Origin: Nitrospiraceae bacterium
Lineage (GTDB): Bacteria; Nitrospirota; Nitrospiria; Nitrospirales; Nitrospiraceae
Length of the DNA: 64,000 bases
Direction of reading: 5' to 3'
Assembly (NCBI GenBank): GCA_050246315.1
Contig: JBFWWG010000008.1
Span: 96,001 to 160,000, forward strand
A program made the position numbers and the translations under genes. The notes under the pieces were generated by a model, which was not told the DNA's origin, ran no database searches, and was given only the letters and a program-made list of their open reading frames with translations. Of the stretch, positions 8,640 through 18,606 are shown in pieces; the first letter of the stretch is position 1; each line of letters begins with the position of its first letter.

Positions 8640-9419
8640 ATGCTGATCGACACACACACCCATCTCGATGATCCTCGGTATGACTCCGACCGAGAGGCCA
8701 TGATCCGGCGCGCGAAGGAGGCCGGCATCGAGGCCATGATCACCATCGGCTGCGACCTGGTGACGAGTCGGGCCGCGGTGGGGCTGACCGACCGTTATGA
8801 GTTCGTCTATGCGTCCATCGGCGTGCATCCGCATGAGGTCAGGCACATCGAAGAGGACTGGTACGACGAGTTTCGGAAGCTGGCCGGCAATCAGAAGATT
8901 GTGGCCTACGGAGAAATCGGACTCGACTACCACTACAATAACTCTCCGCCGGAGGAACAGCGTCGGCGGTTCCGCGAGCAGGTACGCCTGGCCAAGGAAC
9001 TCCGCCTTCCGCTGGTGATCCACACAAGGGAAGCGCAGGAAGACACCATTCAGATTTTGAGGGAAGAACAGGCCTCAGCCGTCGGAGGGGTCCTGCACTG
9101 TTTTTCGGGAGACGCCTGGCTGGCGAAGGATGCCTTGGACCTAGGCTTCTACCTCTCGTTTTCCGGCATCCTGACCTTTCAGAACGCGACGATGCTGCGC
9201 GATATCGCCAGGACCGTCCCGGCCGATCGCCTGCTCATCGAGACCGATTGCCCCTACCTCACTCCCGTTCCCCACCGAGGCCGGCGCAATGAACCGGCTT
9301 TTGTGAAATATGTCGCCGACCAATTAGCGTCTCTCATGCCCGGTGATCCTACGGGCTCGGTCGAGGCCATGGCCCGACTGACGTCCGACAACGCCCGACG
9401 CCTGTTCAAAATCCCCTGA
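8640..9419 (+). CDS. tatD: TatD-family hydrolase
   Basis: MLIDTHTHL, GVHPH, GEIGLDY, VIHTREA, HCFSG, ETDCPYL. Confidence 0.93.
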   Translation: MLIDTHTHLDDPRYDSDREAMIRRAKEAGIEAMITIGCDLVTSRAAVGLTDRYEFVYASIGVHPHEVRHIEEDWYDEFRKLAGNQKIVAYGEIGLDYHYNNSPPEEQRRRFREQVRLAKELRLPLVIHTREAQEDTIQILREEQASAVGGVLHCFSGDAWLAKDALDLGFYLSFSGILTFQNATMLRDIARTVPADRLLIETDCPYLTPVPHRGRRNEPAFVKYVADQLASLMPGDPTGSVEAMARLTSDNARRLFKIP

Positions 9420-9945
9420 GCTTTCTCTGCCTGGCCCGAACCGCCTTGGGCAACTTTCGAGGGTTCCCTCTCTTCTCAGTGCGGCCCCGAGGCCGGTCAG
9501 CCTCCATCGCTCTGTCGCGTCCTGCTAGCCAGGCAGGAAACGCCTCCCCAGACCTCGCGATCCGAAGCCTCGCGGCAAACTCGGCCGCGCCCATGACAAA
9601 GGCTCCGGCCCGCCTCGCGCTGTCCGCCACCTCCCGATCGGAGGAGACCACGGCACAGTCGTGCCCCAGTTGCATCGCCAACCGCTGAATAACCTGGTCG
9701 GCCCGCTCGCCTCGGCGAGAGTAGACCACTTCCACGCCGCTCCGAAATTCCCGTCGCTCAACCGGCATCCCCTCCTTCCATCCATCGAACACCACCGTGA
9801 GCGGATGCCCTTTCTGGGCATGATACGCGCTCAAGTCCCTCAACAATCCCTCACGAGCTGCCTCACCGGCGTATGACAACCCCGCTGCTCCCGCGTACAG
9901 AAACCCGAGTAGATTGTACCCGTCTATGATCACCTGTTGCGCCAT
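9406..9945 (-). CDS. NYN domain (YacP/Rae1-like) ribonuclease
   Basis: IIDGYNL, VVFDG, ERADQVI, VVSSDREV. Confidence 0.88.
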   Translation of the reverse strand: MAQQVIIDGYNLLGFLYAGAAGLSYAGEAAREGLLRDLSAYHAQKGHPLTVVFDGWKEGMPVERREFRSGVEVVYSRRGERADQVIQRLAMQLGHDCAVVSSDREVADSARRAGAFVMGAAEFAARLRIARSGEAFPAWLAGRDRAMEADRPRGRTEKRGNPRKLPKAVRARQRKLRGF

Positions 9946-9954
9946 GATGGGACG

Positions 9955-9983
9955 AGCCTATCGAACGGACACAGGCGAGTCAA
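9955..9983 (-). promoter_or_regulatory. Putative sigma70 promoter of the NYN gene
   Basis: Minus strand TTGACT-N17-TAGGCT, 9 nt before ATG 9945. Confidence 0.55.
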
Positions 9984-10096
9984 ACCGACGACAACAGGCC
10001 CCGCTCCGAGCCACTTTCCCTTGACAAGCCTCATTTTCTGAGACTAAATGACGAACAGTTACCCATCCCTTTTGTCGGATCGTCAACGGGCACCGC

Positions 10097-11413
10097 ATGC
10101 AACGCCTTATGGTTCAGGTCTTAGCCTGGCTGACCATCGGACTCCTCGCGGTCGGAACCTCTCCCGGCCTCGGTGCTGCGGAATCGGACTCGCCCTCTCG
10201 CCAAACCCGCCCCGCCTCTCACAGTACGAGTCCGGTTAAGCGTCTGCCGACCTACGCCTCGACTTCCGCCCTGGTCCAGGATTTGCGGGTCAGCCAGGAG
10301 AAGGAGTCGTTCCGGTTGGTCCTCCATTTGGACCGCAAGATTCGGGTGACGCAAAGTCGCGAGAAGGATTCGGGGAAACTTATCCTCGATTTCCTGAACA
10401 CCAAACTGACCAAGACTGCGGCTGAGAAGCTCGTCCAGGCGACGATGCTTCCTCAGGCCGTGCGGATCACGCTGCAACAGCAGCCATCCTTCCTCCGCTT
10501 GTCACTGAATCGTAAGGCGGTCAGCCGTTTCAATTACTTTATCCTCGGCACACCGAATCGTTTCGTCCTGGACTTCACTCCGGTTCAGGCGCCCCCCCAG
10601 GTATCTCACGAGGCGACTTCCTCCGCTTCGGCGGACGCTGGCACAGCACCGGCTGCCTCAACGGAGGCCGTCCAGCCGAAGGCCGCAGCACCTCCGGCCG
10701 CTCCAGCCGCTGCCCGGCGGACGGCCGAGCAGATTCGAACGATCGTGATCGATCCGGGCCATGGCGGAAAAGATGCGGGTACGGTCAGCCGGCGCGGGTT
10801 GGAAGAGAAGGCCATCACCCTAAGAGTCAGCCTGCGGCTGCGCGACCTCATCAAAACCAGGCTCGGCAAACGGGTCTTGATGACGCGGGACCGAGATGAT
10901 TTCATCGAACTCGGCGAACGGGCCAAATTCGCGAACGCGAACGAGGCCGACCTCTTCATCTCCGTCCATGTCAACTCGCATCCGCAGCCATCGGTCAAGG
11001 GTCTCGAAATTTATCATTTTGGAGAGGCCAAGGATCAGCGCGCTCTTGAAGTGGCGGCTCGAGAAAACGGCACGCCGATCAACGGCAACAATGTGGGATG
11101 GGAATACCTCGTGGCCGATCTCCTCACGGCAAAACGGATCGAGGAGTCGCTTGAGTTGGCCTGGCAAACCAAAGAGGCGATGGTTAAACACCTCAATGAG
11201 CCATACCAAACGGTGGATCACGGTGTGAAGACCGCTCCGTTTTACGTACTGCGCTATACCGCCATGCCGAGCATCCTCGCGGAGATCGCATTCATGTCCA
11301 ATGCGTCTGAGGAACAGTTGATGCGCCAAAGTTCCTTCATCGACGACGTGGCAGAAGCCCTCTTCCAGGGCATCAAGTCCTATATTGATCCCGTCCCGCC
11401 GACCTCCCGATAG
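10097..11413 (+). CDS. N-acetylmuramoyl-L-alanine amidase (AMIN + Amidase_3, AmiC-like)
   Basis: Signal peptide, PNRFVLD, IVIDPGHGGKD, FISVHVN, APFYVL, SILAEIAFMSN. Confidence 0.92.
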   Translation: MQRLMVQVLAWLTIGLLAVGTSPGLGAAESDSPSRQTRPASHSTSPVKRLPTYASTSALVQDLRVSQEKESFRLVLHLDRKIRVTQSREKDSGKLILDFLNTKLTKTAAEKLVQATMLPQAVRITLQQQPSFLRLSLNRKAVSRFNYFILGTPNRFVLDFTPVQAPPQVSHEATSSASADAGTAPAASTEAVQPKAAAPPAAPAAARRTAEQIRTIVIDPGHGGKDAGTVSRRGLEEKAITLRVSLRLRDLIKTRLGKRVLMTRDRDDFIELGERAKFANANEADLFISVHVNSHPQPSVKGLEIYHFGEAKDQRALEVAARENGTPINGNNVGWEYLVADLLTAKRIEESLELAWQTKEAMVKHLNEPYQTVDHGVKTAPFYVLRYTAMPSILAEIAFMSNASEEQLMRQSSFIDDVAEALFQGIKSYIDPVPPTSR

Positions 11414-11500
11414 CAGCGCGGCTCAGATCGATGGTCGTCCGCCATTCGTTCGACGTCAACCTGTCGCCAGACGCCGTCATGCGCGCGTGGGAGCCGCTCT

Positions 11501-12235
11501 ATGCAGACGATCAAGCTGACGCTGGAATATGACGGCACGAATTACGCCGGCTGGCAGCGGCAAGCCGATCAACCGACCGTCCAAGCCGTTTTGGAGCAGG
11601 TCATCGGGCAAGTGACTCAGGCTACCCTCGCCGTCGTCGGGGCCGGACGCACCGATTCAGGCGTCCACGCGCTGGGGCAGGTGGCAAGCTTTCGAACCGA
11701 GCGGCGTCTGACGCCTGCCGAATGGATGCGGGCGTTGAACGGGCTCCTTCCCGACGACATCTGCGTCCGCTCCGTGGAATTCGTGCCGGACGACTTCCAT
11801 GCCCGGTACTCCGCCATGGGCAAACTCTACGAATACCGAATCCTCAACCGACCCGATCGCTCCGCGCTGGATCGCGACCGCGCCTGGCACCTCAGAACAG
11901 CGCTGGATCAACATGCGATGGGAGAAGCGGCTGAGTGCCTGATCGGTCGGCAAGACTTTTCGTCCTTTCAAGGCTCTCCAACCGACACCCGGACCCCCGT
12001 CTGCCATATGCGTCAGCTCTCAATCCGAACGAAGTCGGATCTGATCCGGATCGAAGTCTATGCCGACCGGTTTCTCAAGCAAATGGTGCGGGCGATCGTC
12101 GGGACCCTGGTGGAGGTCGGACTTGGGAAACGGACGCCGGCAAGTCTTCGAGATATCCTGGCAGCTCGCGATCGGTCTGTGGCGGGCAAGACCGCCCCGG
12201 CACACGGGCTCTATCTGGTCCGGGTGGACTACTAG
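11501..12235 (+). CDS. truA: tRNA pseudouridine(38-40) synthase
   Basis: YDGTNYAGWQRQ, AGRTDSGVHALGQV, FHARYSA, FLKQMVR. Confidence 0.97.
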   Translation: MQTIKLTLEYDGTNYAGWQRQADQPTVQAVLEQVIGQVTQATLAVVGAGRTDSGVHALGQVASFRTERRLTPAEWMRALNGLLPDDICVRSVEFVPDDFHARYSAMGKLYEYRILNRPDRSALDRDRAWHLRTALDQHAMGEAAECLIGRQDFSSFQGSPTDTRTPVCHMRQLSIRTKSDLIRIEVYADRFLKQMVRAIVGTLVEVGLGKRTPASLRDILAARDRSVAGKTAPAHGLYLVRVDY

Positions 12236-12479
12236 CCCACATTATTCATGAACGCTTCTACTGCAACCGCCGATACGCCGCTGCGACGAGCCAGCATGCG
12301 GCTTGGAATGCATGGTGACGGGCAGGCTCGCCCCTCATGGTCTCAACATACTGTTTCAAGTATGCTTCGCCCCCTCGGGGCTCCGCGTGGGGGTACCCAT
12401 TGCGCTTCTCCATGCAATGGGTCCGACGCGTGGCGTCTTGTCGGTTTCGTCACGAACCGTCATGAACAATGTGGGCTAG
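12232..12479. mobile_element. MITE-like palindromic element with CTAG ends (one long arm + one short arm)
   Basis: Terminal inverted repeats ctagcccacattattcatga / tcatgaacaatgtgggctag (19/20 match). Internal hairpin cccattgc...gcaatggg. Strong similarity to 27357-27738. Confidence 0.8.
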
Positions 12480-12495
12480 ATGGTATGCGGCTGGA

Positions 12496-13143
12496 TCAGG
12501 ATCGAGTGTTGTTCGGGTTTTCCAGCTTCTTGCGGAGTTCGATCAGCTCCCGCTCAAGCGCCTCGAAGCGGTCGATGATGGGATCGCGGATGTTCGTGTG
12601 ATCCATGGTGGCTTCGGGCACCCGTTCGCCCTCCATCTTGATGATGCGGGCGGGCACGCCGATGACCGTGGAATGGGGCGGCACGGACTTCAAAACGACA
12701 GAGTTGGCCCCGATCTTCACGTTGTCACCGATCCGGATGGCGCCCAGGATCTTGGCGCCGGCCCCGACCACGACGTGGTTGCCGATCGTGGGATGGCGCT
12801 TGCCGCGCTCTTTGCCGGTCCCCCCGAGCGTGACCCCTTGAAACAGGGTGACGAAATCCCCTATCTCGGCCGTTTCCCCGATCACCACTGCCATTCCATG
12901 GTCGATGAAGAAACCCTGGCCGATCTTCGCCCCGGGATGAATTTCAATGCCGGTGAGCCAACGGGCGAGCTGGGAAATCAGCCGTGGCAAGAACGGAACC
13001 CCCTTGCTGCGAAGCCAGTGAGCGAGGCGATAGGCCAGCAACGCATGGAAGCCCGCATAGGTAAAAAGGACTTCCAACCGACTGATGGCAGCCGGATCGC
13101 GATCGAATACCGCCTGAATATCTTGTCGGATCGTCCTGAACAT
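12496..13143 (-). CDS. cysE: Serine O-acetyltransferase
   Basis: [38 protein letters not shown]. Confidence 0.96.
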   Translation of the reverse strand: MFRTIRQDIQAVFDRDPAAISRLEVLFTYAGFHALLAYRLAHWLRSKGVPFLPRLISQLARWLTGIEIHPGAKIGQGFFIDHGMAVVIGETAEIGDFVTLFQGVTLGGTGKERGKRHPTIGNHVVVGAGAKILGAIRIGDNVKIGANSVVLKSVPPHSTVIGVPARIIKMEGERVPEATMDHTNIRDPIIDRFEALERELIELRKKLENPNNTRS

Positions 13144-13179
13144 CCACCCTCCGCCTTGCTGCGGCCAAGTCTCGTTATT

Positions 13180-13707
13180 CTACTTGCCCGGCCGGCCCTC
13201 TATCAAACAGGCTGCCTGCGCGGCAATTCCCTGCTCCTGACCGATGGCATCCAGCCCCTCGCCGCTCTTGACCTTGACGTTAATGCAGCTTGGATCGACA
13301 TCCAGGATATCGGCCATCGTCTTCGCCATGCCCGCAAGATAGGGCGCGAGGCGAGGGGCCTGCGCGATAATGGTGCTGTCGATATTGACCAGGCGGTATC
13401 GCCGCCGTTCCAGCAGGTCCGCGACTTCCTTGAGAAGTTTCAGGCTCGAAATGTTCTTGTAGGTTGGATCCGAGCTCGGAAAATGTCGGCCGAGGTCGCC
13501 CTCGCCCATCGCACCCAAGAGAGCATCGCACACCGCATGCACCAGTGCGTCGGCATCCGAGTGTCCCAAGAGGCCCTTGTCATGGGGAATCGCCACCCCT
13601 CCGAGTATCAGCTTTCGACCCGCTCCCAACGGATGGATGTCATAGCCCATGCCGATGCGAACATTCGTTGACGCGACGTTTGCCTTCTGACTAGTGCCTT
13701 GACGCAA
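13180..13707 (-). CDS. ispF: 2-C-methyl-D-erythritol 2,4-cyclodiphosphate synthase
   Basis: RIGMGYDIH, GHSDADALVHAVCDALLGA, GDLGRHFP. Likely TTG start at 13707 after GGGAGG (start uncertain). Confidence 0.95.
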   Translation of the reverse strand: MRQGTSQKANVASTNVRIGMGYDIHPLGAGRKLILGGVAIPHDKGLLGHSDADALVHAVCDALLGAMGEGDLGRHFPSSDPTYKNISSLKLLKEVADLLERRRYRLVNIDSTIIAQAPRLAPYLAGMAKTMADILDVDPSCINVKVKSGEGLDAIGQEQGIAAQAACLIEGRPGK

Positions 13708-14389
13708 GGATGGCCTCCCCAATGATGAGATCTTCCGGTCTGGTGATTTTAATGTTGTCCCCGCTCCCCTCGACGACCACGACGGGCGCACCGATCCGCT
13801 CGACCAGATCCGCCTCGTCCGTCCCCGTGTATCCGTCGATCACGGCATGGTCGTGCGCTTTCTGAAGCACGGCGCGTCGAAAGGCCTGCGGGGTTTGGGC
13901 TTGCCAGAGGGTGGTGCGATCGATGGTGCGCTCGATAACGTAATCGGCGCCTACTTGCTTGAGCGTGTCCCGTGCGGGAATGGCGATGATGGCGCCCCCG
14001 TGCCGATCGGCGGCATCCGTCACCCGAACGATCATGTCTTCAGTGAGGAACGGCCGGACCGCATCGTGGACCAGCACAAGGTCGGTGTCCGACGTCACCT
14101 CGGTCAGCGCGTGCCGGACCGAATCCTGCCGTTGCTTGCCTCCTGCGACGATCCGTCGCACCTTCGAGAACCGATGGCGGGCGACGATCTCGTCCCGACA
14201 ATATTCCCGGTCCTCGGCCGGCACAGCCAGGATGACTTCCGTGACGACCTCAGATGCCTCGAACGCCCGCAAGGAATGCACCAGAAGCGGCACGCCGCCG
14301 AGCCCGAGGAATTGCTTGGGCGTCTTGGTGCCCATGCGCAAGCCGCGTCCGGCGGCTGGAACCAACGCGACGACCTTTCGTCTATCCAC
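13691..14389 (-). CDS. ispD: 2-C-methyl-D-erythritol 4-phosphate cytidylyltransferase
   Basis: [37 protein letters not shown]. Confidence 0.96.
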   Translation of the reverse strand: MDRRKVVALVPAAGRGLRMGTKTPKQFLGLGGVPLLVHSLRAFEASEVVTEVILAVPAEDREYCRDEIVARHRFSKVRRIVAGGKQRQDSVRHALTEVTSDTDLVLVHDAVRPFLTEDMIVRVTDAADRHGGAIIAIPARDTLKQVGADYVIERTIDRTTLWQAQTPQAFRRAVLQKAHDHAVIDGYTGTDEADLVERIGAPVVVVEGSGDNIKITRPEDLIIGEAILASRH

Positions 14390-15398
14390 GCGCGACTTGC
14401 AGCTCCTCCCGCTCGTTCTCGTCTTTCAACCGGGTGAAAATCATACGCCCCGCCGTGGTTTGCAGCACGCTGGTCACGATCACGTCCACGTTCCGTCCGA
14501 TCCAACGCCGAGCATTATCGACCACGATCATCGTACCGTCGTCAAGATACGCCACCCCTTGGCCCGGCTCCTTCCCTTCCTTGAGCACAAACACCCGCAT
14601 CGTCTCGCCGGGCAACACGACCGGCCGCAGGGCATTGCAGAGTTCGTTGATATTCAACACACGGACACCTTGGAGTTCAGCCACCTTGTTCAGGTTGAGG
14701 TCATTGGTCACGACCTTGGCGTGGACCTTCTTGGCCAAGGCCACGATCTTGGCGTCCACCTCGCGAATATGAGGGAAGTCGTCTTCGACGATCCGCACTT
14801 CCAAATCCGGCATTTTTTGAATCTTGTTGAGGATATCCAGTCCGCGCCGCCCTCGCGCCCGCTTCAACGTGTCGGACGAATCGGCGATATGCTGAAGTTC
14901 CTGCAGGATAAAATGCGGCACGATGAAGGGACCTTCGAGGAAGCCGGTTTCGCACAAATCAGAGACTCGTCCGTCGATGATCACGCTGGTATCCAAGATC
15001 TTGGATCCGGTCGAGTTCGATGTATGGCCGCCCGGCCGAATCACGAAGCGTTCTTTTCCAAACTGCGCTCCCAGTACCATGCCGAGGTACGGAAATCCCA
15101 GAAGAAAGAGCAGCCCACCAACATGAAACAGGACGGTCTGCACATCGAAGACCACGCTCCCCACCCATTCGGTGAGACCGGTCAACAGCAACCCCGCACC
15201 CAATCCCGCCGTTCCGCCCAGGATGATTCCAAACGATAATTTCTGTAATACGTACTCGCTCAGCAGAATCACCAATCCCGTCACTGCGCCGATGGCAAAC
15301 CCACCCAGTAAGCTCGCCGGTTGATACTCGCCCCCTCTGGTAAACAGGGCTACTCCGGCTACCCCGCTGAGAAGGACGAAGATGGTTCTTGTCACCAT
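14382..15398 (-). CDS. PIN/TRAM domain membrane protein (YacL-like)
   Basis: N-terminal TM helices, [56 protein letters not shown] before ATG 15398. Confidence 0.92.
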   Translation of the reverse strand: MVTRTIFVLLSGVAGVALFTRGGEYQPASLLGGFAIGAVTGLVILLSEYVLQKLSFGIILGGTAGLGAGLLLTGLTEWVGSVVFDVQTVLFHVGGLLFLLGFPYLGMVLGAQFGKERFVIRPGGHTSNSTGSKILDTSVIIDGRVSDLCETGFLEGPFIVPHFILQELQHIADSSDTLKRARGRRGLDILNKIQKMPDLEVRIVEDDFPHIREVDAKIVALAKKVHAKVVTNDLNLNKVAELQGVRVLNINELCNALRPVVLPGETMRVFVLKEGKEPGQGVAYLDDGTMIVVDNARRWIGRNVDVIVTSVLQTTAGRMIFTRLKDENEREELQVARG

Positions 15399-15487
15399 GC
15401 GTTCACCTCCTCTCGATTCGTCGCACCCACGCCGCTTCCAAATCGATGCAGCCGAGACACCCGCCCATTCCGCCTTCTCGATTGAAT

Positions 15488-15623
15488 GGCCCCGTTCCCG
15501 CCGGTACTCCACGGACACAGCAAAGGTCGATACCGCCCCACACCATGCACCTGTGGCGCGGCCACGACGCATCGTCCTGGATAGCAACATGTCCGGAGGA
15601 TTGGGAACCGGCGGGATATGGCC
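15488..15623 (-). other. Long rod-like imperfect hairpin (candidate structured RNA)
   Basis: Nested stems ggcc/ggcc, tcccgccggt/accggcggga, ctcc/ggag, ggacatg/tgtgtcc, gatgc/gtatc, cgcgcca/tggtgtg. G-U pairs favour the minus strand. Confidence 0.45.
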
Positions 15624-15710
15624 GAGCACAGACGCAAGCCCTTCAGGCTCCGTCGTAGAACCCATTCTCGGAACGCCGTGGTCGCCCCTGTACCATGCGT
15701 GACAAGGGGG

Positions 15711-16634
15711 CTACGGGATCTCTCCCGCGTAAATACCCATGACCGTGCCAAGAAACTTGAGCGCTTCGGGCTTTGGTCGCTGGAACGAATTCCGACCGAT
15801 GATCGAACCAAACCCACCTCCATCACGGATGGCGCGAACTTCTTCAAAGACATTCTTGTCTTCGCTCTTGGCCCCACCCGAGAAAATGACGATGCGCCGA
15901 CCGCTGAACGAACTCTGCACGACGTGCTTCACCCGTTCGGACAGGGTCTTGATTGGAATCTGCTCGCTTTCATACACCTTCTTGGCGGCGGCTTGCTCCA
16001 AATGGGCAGTCGGAAGCTTGACCTTCACGATATGCGCGCCAAGTTGGCAGGCAATCTGTGCCGCATAGGCGACCACGTCCATCGCCGTTTCTCCCTCCTT
16101 ACTGAGGGCCGAGCCACGCGGGTACGACCAGACCACCACAGCGAGACCGCTGGATTTGGCCTCTTCCCCCAACGCCCGAAGCTGCTCGTACATGTGCGTG
16201 CAATGGGAGGAGCCGGGATAGATGGTGAAGCCGATGGCGGAACAGCCCAATCGAAGGGCGTCCTTGACGCTGCCGGTCACCGCAGGAAGCGGGTCCTTCT
16301 CTTCGTGCAAGACATCATGATTATTCAATTTCAGAATCAAGGGAATCCGACCGGCGTACTGTCCGGCTCCGGCTTCCAGAAACCCGAGCGGCGCCGCATA
16401 GGCGTTGCACCCCGCCTCGATCGCCAGTTCAAAGTGATAATGCGGATTGTAGCCTGGGGAGTTCGGCGCAAAACTTCTGGCCGGTCCATGCTCAAACCCC
16501 TGATCCACCGGAAGAATGACGAGCTTCCCCGTTCCTGCCAGCCGTCCATGATTCAGCATCCTGGCCAGATTGGTTTTGGTGCCGGGTGAATCGCTTTCGT
16601 AGCAACTCAGTATTTCTGCCACACGATTTGTCAT
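15711..16634 (-). CDS. fbaB: Class I (DhnA-type) fructose-bisphosphate aldolase
   Basis: ILPVDQGFEHGP, WSYPRG, AHIVKVK, GSIIGRNSFQ. Start at ATG 16634 (GGAGG SD) or 16649. Confidence 0.93.
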   Translation of the reverse strand: MTNRVAEILSCYESDSPGTKTNLARMLNHGRLAGTGKLVILPVDQGFEHGPARSFAPNSPGYNPHYHFELAIEAGCNAYAAPLGFLEAGAGQYAGRIPLILKLNNHDVLHEEKDPLPAVTGSVKDALRLGCSAIGFTIYPGSSHCTHMYEQLRALGEEAKSSGLAVVVWSYPRGSALSKEGETAMDVVAYAAQIACQLGAHIVKVKLPTAHLEQAAAKKVYESEQIPIKTLSERVKHVVQSSFSGRRIVIFSGGAKSEDKNVFEEVRAIRDGGGFGSIIGRNSFQRPKPEALKFLGTVMGIYAGEIP

Positions 16635-16679
16635 GGGTTCAACCTCCACAGAAGCACGATGTCACGATTGAACAGATAC

Positions 16680-17684
16680 CTACGCCGTTCCCTTTACGGC
16701 CGCCTCGGCCTCCAGGACGTCCTCTCGACTTCCGATCAACAGCGGCACCCGCTGGTGCAGCTTCGAGGGTTCGATGTCCAGGATCCGGTGGATTCCGGTG
16801 CTGGCGAATCCTCCCGCCTGCTCCACCACCATCGCTAATGGATTGGCTTCATACAACAGGCGCAGTTTGCCATCCGGCTTTTCAACTTCGGCCGGATACA
16901 GGAAGATACCGCCCGCAAGGAGCACTCGGTGCACATCCCCGACCAGGCAACCGGAGTACCGCCCGGTGTAGGGCCGCCCCTTCGCCTTGTCCTTGACCTT
17001 CAGTTGATCAATGTACCGCTGCATGCCGGCCGGCCACTTGCGATAGTTACCCTCGTTGACCGAGTAGATTGATCCTCGGGACGGCATTTTGATCGACTCA
17101 TGTGAGAGCACATATTCGCCGATTTGAGGGTCCAAGGTAAACCCATGGACCCCCTGTCCTGTGGTAAAGACCAGCATCGTGCTGGATCCATAGAGCAGGT
17201 ACCCGGCAGCCACCTGTTCACGTCCGCACCGGATCAGATCGGCCTCTTTGGGCGGCTGGCGGGGATCGTGGTGGCGGAGGATCGAGAAGATCGTGCCGAG
17301 CGGCATGTTCACATCGGTGTTGGACGAGCCGTCCAGGGGATCGAACAACAGCATATACTTCGCCTGCGTCCAAGCCTCCGGGATCATCAAGGCCTTCTCT
17401 TCCTCTTCGGAAGCCAAGGCCGAGACAAGGCCGTTGGTCTCAAAGACCTTGATAAAGGTCTCGTTCGCGAGAGAGTCGAGCTTCTTAACCGCCTCACCCT
17501 GCACATTCGTCTCGCCGCTCAGACCAAGAATATTGATCAGGCCGGCGCGCCGCAAGGTATTCGTGATCAGCTTGCCGACCAGACCGATCTGAGCCATCAG
17601 CAGGGAGAACTCTCCCTTGGCCCCAGGGTGAGCGGCTTGTTGCTCCAGAATATGCCGGGTGAGGGTGAGCGGAAACCGAATCAT
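16680..17684 (-). CDS. fbp: Fructose-1,6-bisphosphatase class 1
   Basis: NVQGE.VKKLD, FDPLDGSSN, RYSGCLVGDVHR, GKLRLLYEANP. Confidence 0.96.
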   Translation of the reverse strand: MIRFPLTLTRHILEQQAAHPGAKGEFSLLMAQIGLVGKLITNTLRRAGLINILGLSGETNVQGEAVKKLDSLANETFIKVFETNGLVSALASEEEEKALMIPEAWTQAKYMLLFDPLDGSSNTDVNMPLGTIFSILRHHDPRQPPKEADLIRCGREQVAAGYLLYGSSTMLVFTTGQGVHGFTLDPQIGEYVLSHESIKMPSRGSIYSVNEGNYRKWPAGMQRYIDQLKVKDKAKGRPYTGRYSGCLVGDVHRVLLAGGIFLYPAEVEKPDGKLRLLYEANPLAMVVEQAGGFASTGIHRILDIEPSKLHQRVPLLIGSREDVLEAEAAVKGTA

Positions 17685-17713
17685 AGGTGAACAAAGTCCA
17701 TCATAAGTTGTTC

Positions 17714-17742
17714 ATTATAGCGACTTCGGATTGGGCGAGCAA
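17714..17742 (-). promoter_or_regulatory. Putative sigma70 promoter of fbp-fbaB
   Basis: Minus strand TTGCTC-N17-TATAAT (perfect -10), 29 nt upstream of the fbp ATG. Confidence 0.65.
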
Positions 17743-17772
17743 TGAAAGAGAGGGGGTGCCGAACGGTCCAAA

Positions 17773-18606
17773 TTACGTGGCGCCTGACGACAGGCCAGCG
17801 GGCCCAAAGCCCTCAACCAGGTCGGCAACCACCGATCCTATGATCACCTTGGCTTTCATCATCAAGGGGATCCGTCGATCATCGTTGGAGAACCAGACGC
17901 GCACATTGCCTTCATTGAGAAAAATGCCCTGAAACGGCATGACGGCCAGGACCCTGACCGCCTCTTGCTTGCCCCAAGGCCCTTCCAGATGATCGATTCC
18001 CTCGACAAGGAGTTCGAGTTTATAAGTCTTCTTATCATGATGCACATTAAGGACAACCGCCTGGCCCGGGATCAGCGGCACAAAGGCCCTCGCAAAATAC
18101 AGGCACGAGAGCGCGTCTTGGGTACCGGCGGGAATCTCCAGTTCAGCCGGCTGTCCATCCTTCACAACCGAGACCTTCCCCTGCTCGTGATGGAACCTAT
18201 ACTCGAAGTCGTTCTTCCGCTTGCCTTCCCGTCGGTGGAACGTCATCCGCTGCGGCACAAGAGATTCCGCGTCCACCCATGACTCGACCCGGTTATCGAC
18301 CGGATAGAAGCGAGTGATCCAGGGGCTCGATCGCGCAGTCGTCACCAGCTTGATGATGGGTCGTTCCTGAATCGACTCCGCGCCTTCCACCCCCAGGGCA
18401 GCGGTACCGGCCGTCACTCCCAGCCAGGACAACCGATAGGTCAGGCGTTCGCCCACCGTGAAGGGGTGAAGGGCCCGACTGGGGGCTGCTAGAGAATCAG
18501 ATCGAACCGCGGAGTGAAGGACCCCTAACAATGAGACCGATACCAGCCAAACGCCCACGCCCTGGAGATTCCGAGACCAGCACCGAAACCGGAGACTAGC
18601 CATCAC
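17773..18606 (-). CDS. DUF3108 domain protein
   Basis: GERLTYRLSWLGVTAG, QDALSCLYFAR, VWFSNDDRRIPL...IGSV. Confidence 0.8.
   Translation of the reverse strand: MMASLRFRCWSRNLQGVGVWLVSVSLLGVLHSAVRSDSLAAPSRALHPFTVGERLTYRLSWLGVTAGTAALGVEGAESIQERPIIKLVTTARSSPWITRFYPVDNRVESWVDAESLVPQRMTFHRREGKRKNDFEYRFHHEQGKVSVVKDGQPAELEIPAGTQDALSCLYFARAFVPLIPGQAVVLNVHHDKKTYKLELLVEGIDHLEGPWGKQEAVRVLAVMPFQGIFLNEGNVRVWFSNDDRRIPLMMKAKVIIGSVVADLVEGFGPAGLSSGAT

Noticed and set aside
10021..10049. TTGACA upstream of the amidase gene
   Set aside because: No acceptable -10 at 16-18 nt spacing, so not called as a promoter.
12248..12601. Small ORFs beginning MNASTATADTPLRR / MTSAATADTPLRQ (also 27489-27719)
   Set aside because: Their similarity comes from the shared repeat element; frames diverge, so they are not a protein family.
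14382..15665. Extended N-termini given by the ORF track (also at 7360, 13791, 44013, 50466, 57010, 58188)
   Set aside because: Downstream starts have SD sequences or stop-start overlaps and match family N-termini.
12469..16589. Long plus-strand ORFs (400, 426 and 323 aa)
   Set aside because: Antisense shadows of cysE/ispF, ispD/PIN-TRAM and fbaB, as expected in GC-rich DNA; no motifs.
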